Source of the DNA: Octopus vulgaris
Taxonomy: Eukaryota
Assembly (NCBI GenBank): GCA_951406725.2
Contig: OX597816.1
Coordinates: 73,346,001-73,410,000, forward strand
Direction of reading: 5' to 3'
DNA: 64,000 bases
Below the pieces are notes generated by a model. That model was not told the origin of the DNA. It worked only from the letters and a program-made list of their open reading frames with translations, and did not search any database. Within the stretch, counting starts at the first letter, position 1, and each line of letters starts with the position of its first letter. Below are positions 1 through 17,302 of this stretch, piece after piece. The position numbers and the translations under genes were made by a program.

Positions 1-144
1 CTTCATCCCCCTTCTCCCCCATCCTCTCCTCTTCCCCCTTCTCCTCCCCCTCTTCTTCCCCTCGCCTTCTCTCCCCCTCTTCTCCCCCTCCCCCTCTTCT
101 CCTCACTACACCACATGACTTTACACATCACATCACATATGATG

Positions 145-490
145 TGCCATACTAATACACACACCAACTAATACATACTAATACGTACTAATACATACCA
201 GTACATACTAATACTTACACCAACCCTATACATACACACGTCCAGACCCCGCATACGCACTTATACTCTCTCACACACACACACACACACCTATACATAC
301 TAATACGTACTAATACATACTAATACATACTAATACATACACCAACCCCATACATACGCACGTCCAGACCAATCTTACGCACTAATACTCTCTCATACAC
401 ACACACACACACACACACCCTTATACATACTAATACATACACCAACCCTATACATACACACATCCAGACCCCTCCCACGCACTTTTAGCT
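145..490. repeat. Imperfect ~125-140 bp tandem repeat (about 3 units) built from CATACTAATA subrepeats, following a C/T-only tract at 1-105
   Basis: caccaaccc(c/t)atacatac...tccagacc recurs near 217, 340 and 440. Confidence 0.7.
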
Positions 491-577
491 GGTCCCTCAA
501 CCCTTTTATCAACCCTATTATCTCCCCTTATTTCGCTCTCGCGTCTCATGTTTCATCTTTGACCTCTGGCCGAAATC

Positions 578-792
578 AGATCGCCATGTTGATTCGTTAG
601 CTACTGCACGCATTTTTTTTCTCTCCTTCTTTCTGTGTTTTTCTCTCTCTGTGTATCTTTCTGTTGAAGAGCGTAGGCTCGAAACGTTAAAGACTTGTTT
701 TATTTATATTTCCTGAGCGCCATACTAATACAATTGTTCGTTTGTTTTCCACCTGCCTTCGTCTTTTGTTTATTTTCATAAAGCTTCCCGTT
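578..792 (+). mobile_element. Short non-autonomous Penelope-like (pLTR-type) element, family H1, carrying a hammerhead motif
   Basis: atcgccatg...ttcctgagcg..actaataca..ttcgtcttttg shared with 7414-7572 (+), 42041-42292 (-) and 63370-63540 (+); ends in (TA)n. Confidence 0.7.
656..693 (+). ncRNA. Minimal type-I hammerhead-like motif (core variant CUGUUGA)
   Basis: tcttt|CTGTTGA|a gagc-gtag-gctc|GAAA|cg|TT|aaaga; stems I and II pair perfectly. Confidence 0.65.
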
Positions 793-2570
<1,778 letters not shown>

Positions 2571-2639
2571 GAGTATGTTTCCCTCGTGATTTCAACTGTC
2601 AAATCGATTAATTGATTCATGCTAGTTTGAATTTAAAAT

Positions 2640-2744
2640 GACTAACTTCATCATAATCGTCAAAATTATCACCACCACCACCATCATCACCATCATCATC
2701 CTCCCCTCCTCATCATCATCATTGTCGTCAACGTCGTTGTCTAT

Positions 2745-2778
<34 letters not shown>

Positions 2779-2839
2779 ACGTCATCATCATTGTCATCAT
2801 CATCATCATCATCATCAACATCATCATCATTGTCATCAT

Positions 2840-2871
<32 letters not shown>

Positions 2872-3248
2872 ACATCATCATCAACATCATCATCATCATC
2901 ATCATCATCATCACCATCATCATTATCACCAGCATCATCACCATCATTATCATCGTTGTCGTTCTCATCACCATCATCATCATCGTCAACATCACTATTA
3001 TCCTCAGTATTATCATTATCACCATCGTTGTCGATGTTGCCATCCACGGTGCCGTCAACATCATCATTATCATCATCATCATCATGATTATCACCACCAT
3101 CATCGTTCTCGCCATCATTATCACCAGCATCAACTCCGTCATCATCAACATTGTCATCATCATCATCATCGTCATCACGTCATCACAATCGTTGTTGATG
3201 TCATCGCCGGTGCCGTCAAGCTCATCATCATCATAACCACCACCGTCG

Positions 3249-3290
<42 letters not shown>

Positions 3291-3495
3291 CCACCACCAG
3301 CACCAGCACCACCATGATCATCATCATTATCATCATCATCACCTCCACCACCACCATATTCATCATCATCACCACCACGACCACCACCACCATTATCATC
3401 ATCACCACCACCACCACCATCATCAACATCACCACCACCACTACCACAAATATCATCATCATCATCACCACCATCACCACCACCATCATCATCAT

Positions 3496-3527
<32 letters not shown>

Positions 3528-3535
3528 TCATCACC

Positions 3536-3566
<31 letters not shown>

Positions 3567-3709
3567 CCACCACCACCACCACCACCATCATCAACATCAT
3601 CACCACCACCACCACCAATATCATCATCACCACTACCACCACCATCAGCATCGTCATCATCACCACCACCACCACCACCATCATCATCATCACCACCACC
3701 ATCATCATC

Positions 3710-3743
<34 letters not shown>

Positions 3744-3823
3744 CCATCACCACCACCACCACCACCACCATCATCATCACCACCACCACTACCACCATCA
3801 TCATCATCATCATCATCATCAAC

Positions 3824-3854
<31 letters not shown>

Positions 3855-4316
3855 CCACCACCACCACTACTATCATCATTACCACCACTACCATCATCAT
3901 CATCACCACCACCACCATCATCATCATGACCACCACCACCACCACCACCACCACCACCACCACCACCATCAGCAGCAGCAGCAGCAGCAGCATCGACGAC
4001 ATTAGTTTCATTAATACCATCGAATAAGCAGACTTTGATTGATATGTAAATGTGAAGTGATGACAGGTGGCAAAGAGGGGAATGGCGATGGTCACAATGA
4101 TGACAATGATGGCCTATCATACCATCAATACTATTAATAACAATAACTATAATAATAATGTTCAAGTATTTATTGTCATTATTATTATTATTTATCATTA
4201 TCATCATCATTATCTTTATTATTATCATCATCATTATCATTATCACTATCATCATCAAAATCATGACCATCATCATTATTATTCGTAGCAGCAGCAGCAG
4301 CAGTAGTAGTAGTTGC

Positions 4317-4377
<61 letters not shown>

Positions 4378-4415
4378 ATTGTAGTAGTAGTAGTAGTAGT
4401 AGTAGTAGAAGTAGT
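2640..4415. repeat. Large trinucleotide array (CAT/CAC)n, then (ATT/CAT)n and (AGT)n
   Basis: Direct inspection; gives poly-D/G/M/V/I/T pseudo-ORFs in several frames. Confidence 0.95.
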
Positions 4416-4533
4416 ATAGATACAAAGTGTGTCTACAGCACCCTCCTCCACCTTTGACATGTAATCATTGTCAAGGAAATCGGCATTGAGATTATTTCCG
4501 AAATTTTAAACTAAAAACAAATTCACATCTACG

Positions 4534-4570
<37 letters not shown>

Positions 4571-4723
4571 GAAAAGTACATTTATAGAATCGTGATATAT
4601 ATATATATATATATAGACACATGTATATATACATACATACACACATATATATATGTATATATATATACACACACGTACACACACACATATATATACATAC
4701 ACATATATATATATATACAGATG

Positions 4724-4756
<33 letters not shown>

Positions 4757-5073
4757 ATATGTATGTGTATGTATATATATATGTGTGTATACATATATAT
4801 ATGTGTGTGTGTGTAAGTATATATATATATAAATGTGTGTATACATATATATTTGTATGTATGTATGTATGTATGTATGAATATAATATGCATGCATAAA
4901 TGACATATTTAATTAAAAATTTGCAACTGCATTTGCGAAAATACATGTATATACGCACGTGCAAAGATATGTGTGTGACTGAGTGTGTATAAATATACAT
5001 ATCTACACACATAGGTACTTTTGCATATCTGTATAGATATATATGTATATATATACATACATGTATACATATC

Positions 5074-5139
<66 letters not shown>

Positions 5140-5242
5140 CATATGTATATATATACACATATATATGCATATATACATACATATATATATGTATATATAT
5201 ACATACACTAACACACACAAACACAGACACACACACACACAC

Positions 5243-5292
<50 letters not shown>

Positions 5293-5304
5293 TAAATACA
5301 CGCG

Positions 5305-5468
5305 CGCAGGGGTAGCTGTGTGGTGAGTAGCTTGTTTCCCAACCACATGGTTCCGGGTTCAGTCTCACAGCATGGCACCTTGAGCAAATGTTTTCTTTTC
5401 TCTTCTATAGCCTCAGGCCGACCGAAGCATTTTGAGTGGATTTGATAGGCGGAAACTGAAAGAAGTCT
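5305..5468 (+). mobile_element. tRNA-derived SINE family B (CORE-like), 5' part
   Basis: A-box-like gtagctgtgtggt, B-box-like gggttcagtct, CORE-like gcaccttgagcaa; many copies in window. Confidence 0.8.
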
Positions 5469-5516
<48 letters not shown>

Positions 5517-5874
5517 TGTGTGTGTGTGTGAGAGTGTGTGTGTGTGTGTGTGTGTGTGTATCCATATATAAACATACACATAGATACACACATGCATCCA
5601 GGCACGTTATCTGAGTAATAGTGAAATCGGACGCTGTCAGAGTTAACGCTGACAAGTACTTACAAACCTATACGAAGATGAACACTCGTAAATATCTGTA
5701 GACACAGTTCGAACAGTTTTCAGACAAACGAGAGCAATAAGATGGCAGGTAAGCAGATGAGTGGTCATCACAGATGCTAAAAATAACAGCAAAGTATCGC
5801 TCAAAATATCTACTACTGACATAATAAAGAAAAAATTATTTTACAACGTATACGTATGCGTATGAGTGCGTTTG

Positions 5875-5924
<50 letters not shown>

Positions 5925-6104
5925 CATACATATATACATACATGTATACATACATATATATATATATATACATATATATATACACACACATAAAAGAATA
6001 TAGATAGATACATAGAAATTAGATAGCTAGATAGATATGTATGTATTAGTATATATGTAGATATATATGCACACATTTGTATTCATAAGTACATACATAC
6101 GTAG

Positions 6105-6172
<68 letters not shown>

Positions 6173-6655
6173 TGCCAAAACAACATCTAACAGGAAGGTG
6201 AGTGTAAAAATCAAACAGAATGTAATAGGTTTTGCGCTCATGAAATAGGAGAAAATAAAATGAAAAGACTTTTACGCGTCGAGTGTACACTCTTGTTCCG
6301 AAAGAGTAGACAACGAGAGAAAAAGTGGAAAGAGAGTATGCTGAGGGGGAATACACATACACGTGAATCTGGTAATCAGGTATGCTGTATACATAGAGAT
6401 ACATGACATTCTGGGTGTACATGTGTGTCTACGTGCGTGTATGTGAGTGTAGGTAGGTACATATATAAGCTCATTGCGAAAGGAGCACAGAATACGCGTA
6501 ATATGCCTTGTTGGGCTCTCACGGAGAACTGGAGAGGGCGATCGACAATTTGTACGGAGTCTGAAAACAAAAAAAATCATAATTTGATATAACATGTGTG
6601 ATTTTCGAAGCTCGCGTGCATATATAGATGTATGCAAATAGATAAATAGATAAAT

Positions 6656-6837
<182 letters not shown>

Positions 6838-7239
6838 CATATAGATATAGATAGATAGATAGAAAGTTAGGTAGACAGATAGATATAACGCGTACATACA
6901 TGTACACACATATACACATTTATTTACTTGCATACATATATGTGTGCATATATATAAATATATGTTTGCATCTATGTATGTATCTATGTACGTATGTACG
7001 TATGTATGTATGTATGGATTGATGGAAGGATGGATGGATGGATGGATGGATGGATGGATGTATGTATGTATGTATGTATGCTTGCATGTATATATCCACA
7101 TTTATACATATTTATATATATATATATATAGTTAAATACATATGTACATATATATATATATATATAAATGTGTGTGTGCATGTATGCTTGCATGCATATC
7201 TCCACATTTATACACATTTATATATATATATATATATAC

Positions 7240-7294
<55 letters not shown>

Positions 7295-7298
7295 ATAC

Positions 7299-7355
7299 TT
7301 AGATATGTTTCGACAAAAGATTGGTCCAGGCCATGTCTAACTTAATAGCACCAGC

Positions 7356-7358
<3 letters not shown>
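7299..7358 (-). mobile_element. Extreme 3' end of the CR1-like LINE (same as 51500-51572; another copy at 26668-26725)
   Basis: Reverse complement of ggtgctattaagttagacatggcctggaccgatctttggtcgaaacat. Confidence 0.75.
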
Positions 7359-7406
<48 letters not shown>

Positions 7407-7413
7407 AGGTAGA

Positions 7414-7572
7414 ATCGCCATGATAGATCACTAACCACTAAATATTTATTTCTGTCGAAGAACGTAGCCTCGAAACGTAAAAGACTTCCTTACTTCCTGA
7501 GCGTTAAACTAATACATTTGCATGTTGCTTTCACACCCAACTTCGCCTTTTGTTTCTTGGTAAATTCTCACT
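7414..7572 (+). mobile_element. Family H1 Penelope-like short element with decayed hammerhead (7449-7483, core CUGUCGA)
   Basis: ttt|CTGTCGA|a gaac-gtag-cctc|GAAA|cg|TA|aaa; homologous to 578-792. Confidence 0.65.
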
Positions 7573-7594
7573 ACCTAGGTAGATAGATAGACAG

Positions 7595-7659
<65 letters not shown>

Positions 7660-8019
7660 CTCACATACACACATGTGTGGAAGGTGCAAATATGTGTGGA
7701 TGTGAGTGTGGATGTGTCTGTGTGCTTGCGTATGTGTGTGTGTGTATCTATTTATACACGTTACTAGGCAGGTATATATAAATATATAATTATGAGGTGA
7801 CTTTTAAAAATGTGAGAATCTTTATAAGGACTTCAAATATTCTCTAAAACGTATCCTGTGTTACATATTAATAGACGAATGTGAAATTTCGAAGAATTAT
7901 TGCGATTATGCATACACGTCAGAATATACATGTATGTGTATGTGTGTGTGTACGTGTGTGTGAGTTTGTCTCTGTGTATGTATGTGTGGGTGCGTATGTT
8001 TTATATATATATATGTATG

Positions 8020-8126
<107 letters not shown>

Positions 8127-8218
8127 ATATAGTGAAAGAGAGCGAGAGAGAGGGAGAGAAAGAGAGGTAGACAGACAGGCAGACAGATAGATAGATAGGT
8201 AGATAATGATATATATAC

Positions 8219-8317
<99 letters not shown>

Positions 8318-8377
8318 TATATGCATGAAAATATGTTTTGGAAATGTATATATATATAAATATATATATACACACAC

Positions 8378-8443
<66 letters not shown>

Positions 8444-8822
8444 GTATGTATATACATATATATGTATATATATATATATGTACGTGTGCATGAGTGTGTG
8501 CGTGCATGTAAGTAAGTATGTATGTATTCACGTATATGCATATATGCAATATGTTGATAGACGGATAGATATAGATATGCGCACCAGCAAAAATGCGTGC
8601 AAATGCACTTTATATACACAAATACGAATATACATTACTATTTACTTATATCAGTACGTTGTTTTCAACATATATCCACGTATATTTGTATATACGAATG
8701 TATACACATAAGCGAAATTATACAAGTTTCAAATTTACTCAACTAATTCCAGAAACAACTGCTTACTTTACAATAATTGAATATATAGTCTATGATGTGC
8801 ACGTTTACACACATATGAATAC

Positions 8823-8895
<73 letters not shown>

Positions 8896-9118
8896 CAGGG
8901 TGGCCCAAAAGAAAGTAGGTTTACAGTTATTCAGCTATCTTTTTCGCATTCATATATTAACACTTTAGATCTTAATTATGAAAAAAAAATATGTAAACAA
9001 TTATTCTAAGCTAATTTACTTAATTGCAAGATACAAATTTAAATGTAATAAAATATGTTAAAACATATTTAAAGTGCCTTCGACGTGATAACCGTAAACT
9101 TATTTTGGGGCCACTCTG
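8896..9118. mobile_element. Tc1/mariner-type MITE
   Basis: TIRs cagggtggcccaaaa..gtttacagttat / ataaccgtaaac..ttttggggccactctg, flanked by TA on both sides. Confidence 0.8.
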
Positions 9119-9584
9119 TATGCATGTATGTGAGTGTGTGTGTATATATATAAAATAATATGTACATATATATACATACACACATATATATATATAATTA
9201 TATATGTGTGTGCGTGTGTGTATATATGTACACTCACTTATCTATCCAAACACACACACATATAAATATATACATATACATATATATACATGGATGTATA
9301 TATATATACATATACATATATATACATGTATGTATATATATATATATATGTGTATATGTATATATAATATATACATCTCAATATAATATAAATATATGGA
9401 TATGTAATTTATACATATATATGCATATAAATAGCTATGTGTATATAGTTACATAGAAACACGTGACTGTGTGTGTGCGAGCGTTTGTGTGTATGTGTGT
9501 GTGTGTATGGTAATACCTGTTTTACTCAGCTCCTTCGCGTGCAACATTCGTTTATGTGTTTACACGTGTGTGTGTTTGTGTGGG

Positions 9585-9621
<37 letters not shown>

Positions 9622-9626
9622 GAACG

Positions 9627-9677
<51 letters not shown>

Positions 9678-9995
9678 GTGTGCATAGATATGTGAGTGTA
9701 CATATATACACACACGCACATACAGACATCTATGCAAATAGGATATACTAAATCATAACTACGTGGAACATTCTAGCGCTCGTGACAGGTACCTTGAATA
9801 TGTATTCCAGTAGTTTGTAACATAATATATAATAATGCATGAGGGAGTATAAATACCATACACGCATCCATATAAAATAATTGTGACCCTGACTGTGTGA
9901 ATGTGCCTGAGCATATATATATATATATATATATATGTACATATGTGTGTATGTGTGTGTGTGTTTGTGCATGTGTGTATGTGTTTGTGTGTATG

Positions 9996-10034
<39 letters not shown>

Positions 10035-10178
10035 ATACATACGTTGAGAGACACTAAGACAAATAAATAGATATAGAGATAGAGAGAGATAGATGACAAG
10101 ATGGATAAGCAGACAGTCAGACAGACAGGTAGATAAATAGATAGATTGATAGATAGATAGCTAGATAAATAGACAGAG

Positions 10179-10285
<107 letters not shown>

Positions 10286-10512
10286 AAGTAAGGCAGGCAG
10301 TGAAGAAGAGAGAGAGAGAAATGGTTAGTTGGATATTCGTAGCGAATAATAAAAATGAAGAGAGGAAAAGCAAGGATAGGTATAGATGATGCTTCTTGTT
10401 AGGTGAGCAAACAATAAATTCAATTTCATTAGAAGCAAACGACCTTATGTTACCGTACTTGTGTGTGTGTTTGCGACTGTGTCTACGTACACATGTGTAT
10501 AAGTATTTTTTG

Positions 10513-10554
<42 letters not shown>

Positions 10555-10555
<1 letters not shown>

Positions 10556-10875
10556 TCTTTTACTTGTTTCAGTCATTTGACTGCGGCCATGCCGGAGCAC
10601 CGCCTTTCGTCGAGCAAATCGACCCCGGGACTTATTCTTTGTAAGCCCAGTACTTATTCTATCGGTCTATTATGCCGAACCGCTAACCACACCAGCATCG
10701 TCATGCTAGGGGAGAAACACAGACACACAGACAAACACACACACACACATATATATACATATATACGATGGGCTTCTTCAGTTTCCGTCTACCAAATCCA
10801 CTCACAAGGCATTGGGGACTGAACCCGGAACCAAGTGGTTGGTTAGCAAGCTACTTACCACACAGCCACTCCTGC

Positions 10876-10877
<2 letters not shown>
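10555..10877 (-). mobile_element. SINE family B, near full length with internal deletions
   Basis: Reverse complement of the 53004-53410 copy. Confidence 0.85.
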
Positions 10878-10918
<41 letters not shown>

Positions 10919-10922
<4 letters not shown>

Positions 10923-11056
10923 TCCCGGGTTGATACGGGTTAACCACAGTAAGTAAGGTACTCAATACATAGCAGAGTAAAATTAATTTATTATATAGAA
11001 GATTTCTGAAGATTTCTCTTGAATGAAACAGTACTAGTCCTGTAGAAGCTCCTTCT
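10919..11056 (+). mobile_element. Short insert in (TA)n with decayed hammerhead-like motif (11006-11040)
   Basis: CTGAAGA|tttc-tctt-gaat|GAAA|cagtactag|TC; stem I not intact. Confidence 0.4.
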
Positions 11057-11061
11057 ATATA

Positions 11062-11144
<83 letters not shown>

Positions 11145-11647
11145 TATATGTATGTATGTATGTATGTATGGATGTATGTATACATATACGAATTGAAATT
11201 TTAATAATTGATAACTGTGTGCCCATGGGTATGACACCGCCTGTACAGAATATCATGATAAAACGCTGACAGGCGTGTAATGGTAAGAATACTAACTGGG
11301 GTAATGCAAACTCACATGCACACACACACACACACACACACATACACACACACACACACACAAACAGACACACACACACACAAACGGGCGTGCACACTCA
11401 CACACGTATACACACACATAGAAACATATAATATAATTACGTATCTTCATACCAATGTATTGGATGTGTATATACATGCCCCTATGAGACATATATCATG
11501 TATATATATACATACATATATGTACATGCTCACACGTACACATTTCTATATATATAAATATACATAGATATATATATATATATGTATATATGTATATATG
11601 TATAAAAATATTTGTATATATGCATATAGATATGTGTATATATATAT

Positions 11648-11695
<48 letters not shown>

Positions 11696-11724
11696 ATATA
11701 TATATATATATATATGTATGCATG

Positions 11725-11813
<89 letters not shown>

Positions 11814-11957
11814 TTATGTGTACGTATATATATATATATATATACGTGTGGATTGCTACATATAATTTTCTAAATTTTCTTCCATAGGAACTGTCAAAAT
11901 TTCTATTTTCATTTAATTACAAAAGTCCTTATCGATAGACTCGTGGCATGGATGAAA

Positions 11958-12014
<57 letters not shown>

Positions 12015-12484
12015 TGAAAAATCTTATTTTCTTAATGCAGATAAATGTATGTATATATACATGAGTATGTGTGTGTGTGCGTTACAATTATATTCACTGA
12101 CACACATATGTTTAATCATATATATATATATATATATATATATGCATGCATATGTGTATGTATGGATGTACGCATATGCGTATATATGTGTACGTATGTG
12201 CGTGTGTGTGTGTGTGTGTGTGTGTCTGTGTGTGTCTGTGTGTGTCTGTGTGTTACTATGTTTGTGTCGACATTCAATCTTAGACACATATACACATCAT
12301 TGATTACGTTCAAGAAACATATTTATACGCGTATATATGTGCGCTGCCTGTGTATTTTTTGTTTCAGTAAGTGTGCTTAGAATTAAAGAAGTGTTCTAAA
12401 GGGTAGAGTCAAACATTATTATGTCTACACGTACTTTATTCTGCAATATACGTCCATACGTCAATACATTCTCTCATACATGTA

Positions 12485-12576
<92 letters not shown>

Positions 12577-12648
12577 TATAGATAAATTTAGATATATATA
12601 TGCATATATATATATATATATACATACAAACGTATGTATATATGTATA

Positions 12649-12697
<49 letters not shown>

Positions 12698-12726
12698 CTA
12701 TATCTATATATATATGTATATCTATA

Positions 12727-12763
<37 letters not shown>

Positions 12764-12810
12764 AAGTGGATGCGTGGTGTTCGATCATATAATAACATAT
12801 AATATATGCA

Positions 12811-12842
<32 letters not shown>

Positions 12843-13073
12843 CACTTATATATATATATATAATATAATATATAATATATATATAATATAAAGATAGATA
12901 GATAGATTGGTAGATGGATGGATGGATAGATAGATATGCAATACACTAGAATATAGTCATACACACAAACATAAATACCCTTTACCAGAATATTCCAATA
13001 ATCATAGTGAAACAGATACATGTGGAAATATATATATATATATATATGTTTATGTATGTATGTATCTATATGT

Positions 13074-13124
<51 letters not shown>

Positions 13125-13311
13125 GTATATATATATATATATAAATATATATATACATATATATATACATATTCACACATATAAATACATATATATGCAT
13201 ACATGTGTGTTTATGTGTATATATATATTTATGTATATATACATATATTTAGATATGTATATATATAAATAAGCATATATGTGTGTGTTTTTATGTATGT
13301 ATATATGTATA

Positions 13312-13386
<75 letters not shown>

Positions 13387-14180
13387 ATGTGTGTGTGTAT
13401 ATATATATATATATATAAACATATCAATTAAAGTAGAATAAAAACATACCAACAAGTCTTTTGACACGCCTTTCTGCATATGAACACACATGCAAAACAG
13501 TTATGTTTGGGGTGTATATAATTATATAATTATAGTGATGCATATATAATACATATTCTATAGCTGTACTTTTGGCGTCAATATGTTTCGTTTATTGCGG
13601 AATAATTAATATAACGACGCTTGGTAATTATATGATCTCCAAACCGTAATGAATGTGTGTGTGTGTGTGTGTGTGTATGTGTGTGTGTGTGTGGGTGTGT
13701 GTCTCTACGTGCATGTGCATGTCTGTAATATATATTCATGCATATATGCCCACTTGCATATATGAATATAAATAACACACACAGCCATACACACACGCAC
13801 TAATATATATATACAGACACTGACACCTGCATGTACACACACACACACACACACACACACATACGTGACCACCATATACTTATATATACATGTACTGTGT
13901 ATATATAAAAATCAATATCTGTATATATGAGTGTATATACTGATATGTATGAACAAATGAATGTATTTATGTATATATCAGTGTATCAATGTATTTGTTT
14001 GCATTCGATAATAGAAATATATCATTTCACTTGATAGAAAAATGAAACTAATTTGGCGAATATATAGGCATAGTTCTAAGCGCATATACTGTATATAATA
14101 TACATACATATATATGTATATATATATATATGTGTGTTTGTGTATGCCTGTACGTGAGTGTGTATATTTTTGTATGTATA

Positions 14181-14219
<39 letters not shown>

Positions 14220-14509
14220 GAATATATAAATATACACATATGTATATATATATAAATATATACACATATATATATAAATACATGTATATATATATACATA
14301 TATATATATACATACATGTATATATAAATACATGTATATATATATATGCATATATATATTTATATATACATACATGTATATATATATATGCATATATATA
14401 CATATATATATACATACATGTATATATATACATATATACGCAATTATATATATATACTCATATATATATACACATATATATATATATACATATGTATATA
14501 TATATACAT

Positions 14510-14546
<37 letters not shown>

Positions 14547-14555
14547 CGTATATAA

Positions 14556-14673
<118 letters not shown>

Positions 14674-14961
14674 GTATCTGAATGCTCTTTTGTTTTTTTG
14701 TTTTTTTCTGAGATCATAGGTGAATTTGTTTCATTTTCTAGTATCAATTATAATTTACATACATTTGCACATTGACCGATGTACACAAACTATTTCATAG
14801 AATCCCTATTTCAGCTATCTATACACATACACACTCAACCCCCACCCCCACCCCCACCCCCACCCACACACGCGCCTGCAAGCAAACACACGCACAGACA
14901 GAAACACACGCACACTCACACACATATGAATATCAAGATATTTCTATATAAACATAATTGT

Positions 14962-15002
<41 letters not shown>

Positions 15003-15531
15003 CATATACATATATATATATACATATATATATATGTATGTGTGTGTGTGTGTTTTGGTGCCTATATCTTGGCATACATATTTTATGCATGTGTGGGTAT
15101 ATATGTATGCATGAATGCGTTTCTGTATACTGACTGTGCGTAACGTATTTATCGTTCTAAAAAATGGCATAAAATATACATTGCATTGAATATGTGGAAA
15201 TATTCGTTGCTGTGACGATGTGTGCTTCGTACGTAAGAAACAAAAAAGAGAAAAGGCAGTTACGATTATATCTTTTACCTTTGCGTAACACATATATATT
15301 TTCATACATGTAAACATACATACATACATGTATATATGTGTGTGTGTATGTGTGTGTTGCGCGCGCGTGTTAGTGAATATTATAACAATTACATATTGCA
15401 GTGCATGTGAACTTTATCATAGATAAGAGCATTTGAAATTAGTTTCAAGAATAAGATACCCAACATTTTTTAGATTTTACGATGTCACATTTGTTTATTA
15501 CATTACATTGCAGTAGTGGGAGCACATGCAC

Positions 15532-15564
<33 letters not shown>

Positions 15565-15570
<6 letters not shown>

Positions 15571-15778
15571 TAATCCAAACATGAAAACACAAAGAAAAAA
15601 CACAACAACGCGAGGACGTGGAACAAGTATAGTGTTATTAGACGCTCAGGAAAGAAGGAAAGAAGGAGGGTTTAATGTTTCGAGCGGAGCTCTTCGTCAG
15701 AAACACAGGAAAAGGAAAGATCCAAAGAAGGGAAGACGGATGAAAAAAATCGCCAACGGTACACACGCGGTCACATTA
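15565..15778 (-). mobile_element. H1-related short Penelope-like element with canonical-core hammerhead at 15670-15704
   Basis: Minus strand gttt|CTGACGA|a gagc-tcc-gctc|GAAA|ca|TT|aaac, followed by ttcctgagcg as in H1; flanked by (TA)n. Confidence 0.75.
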
Positions 15779-15799
15779 TATATATATATGTATATGAAG

Positions 15800-17225
15800 G
15801 AGCAAAAATACTGGAGATTCAGTATACACCACGTGGCAAGATTATGAGTTGAAAATATGTGGTAAACATATATAAAAAGCGGAAGAGAAATGCCTTCGCT
15901 TCACATAGTTTGATATCTTTTTATAAAGAAATTTTTCAAAACTATGGACATATTTTATGGATGTAGTGATATCCAACCGGTTTTCGCTATTTAAAATAGC
16001 TTTTCAAGGGACATTGTGAAATAATCAATTCTTGTGACAAAGGGGTCTCGCCATTTTGGATGCCTGAAAAATAAGAATGAGTCTAGAGAGTGGACCAAGG
16101 AAGGAGGCAAGAGGGACGACTAACTCCTCAGGATAATTTTTGAAGTGGTCAAGTTTGTATAGTAAGGTGTGGTCTGTACTTTTGTATGAACAGGTTTTCC
16201 TTGTTTAGGCGTTCTTGTAAGGAGATTGAATCTTTGCATTGGTATAATGGAAAGATATAGAAATTCGGTGTTTTATTTCTTGTGCATCTGTCGATATGTT
16301 CACTCAGAGCTATCTGCCTGTATTGAGGAAAACGAATCTGCTCTTTATGCAGCGTGAATCTGCGTCTCAAAGTTTGGCTCATTTGGCCCACATAATTGTA
16401 GCCACAACCTGAGCAAGTTAGAACATAGATAAGGTTCTGTGAAGTACATGTGAAGTTGGTCTTAATTGAGATGTTTTCTCCTTGCTGGAATGTGAATTCT
16501 GAGCCTCCAGTTAGGTATGGGTATGTACCACAATTAGGTTGTATGCATCTTTTCACAGTTGGTATCGTATTTATTGAGTATAGTTTTGCATTTGTTAGGA
16601 GTCTCTTGGGTGATTTGTGTTGTCTTTTGCATTTGAGAAGTTTATGTGTATTCAGAATGTTGTTCATTTTCGGGTCTTCAGTGAGCAGAGGGAAATTTTT
16701 TATAATTGTGTTGTATACTTCATTGTTTCTGGGATTGTGGGTTGATATGTATGGGAGTGATTTAAAGTGAAGTGTGGTGTTTTGTTTTGTTGTCCTTAGT
16801 GTGTTTGTGTCTACTTTTATGGCACGTTCAATTCCATGGTCTATAAGTGCGGGTGGGTATTGACGTTCAATGAGTGCTATTTTGAGGTCTTGAAAGCGAA
16901 GTTCCTGAGTGGTTGTGTCAGATACAATTGAATAGATCCTTTTACCTAGATTGAATGGGATATTTATTTTGGTGTGTTTAGGATGGCATGAACTGAAAAG
17001 GAAGGAGAACTGTTTTGAGTCTGTTGGCTTGTAGTAGATGTCAGTTACAATTTGGTTGTTGGATTTTTAAACACTCCAGGACTAGGAAGAATAATGATAA
17101 TTATTATTTCAATTCTTTCTCTCCAACAGCTAGAAACACTCACGGTCTCCTACCTACTCTTCAACTATGGGAAACGAAGGCATTTCTCTTCCACTTTTTA
17201 TGTTTCCTACACATTTTCAACACAA

Positions 17226-17228
<3 letters not shown>
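15800..17228 (-). mobile_element. 5'-truncated Penelope-like element (Neptune-type) with 3' pLTR, hammerhead-like motif (15971-16012) and a diverged inverted terminus at 17160-17225
   Basis: Coding remnant plus aaggcatttctcttcc..ttttcaac present in inverted orientation at 15845-15912 and 17160-17225; (TA)n on both flanks. Confidence 0.85.
16149..17070 (-). pseudogene. Penelope-like RT thumb, Cys linker and GIY-YIG endonuclease (truncated, frameshift near 17000)
   Basis: TDIYYKPTDSKQ, SSCHPKHTKINIP, LPYISTHNP, KRCIQPNCG, NLIYVLTCSGCGYNYVGQ..LRRRFTLHK, RLNKENLFI. Confidence 0.92.

Positions 17229-17302
<74 letters not shown>

Noticed and set aside
2741-4276. 511-aa Gly/Asp/Met-rich ORF and overlapping long ORFs
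   Set aside because: Translation of a (CAT/CAC)n array, open in several frames on both strands, with no domain or splice evidence.
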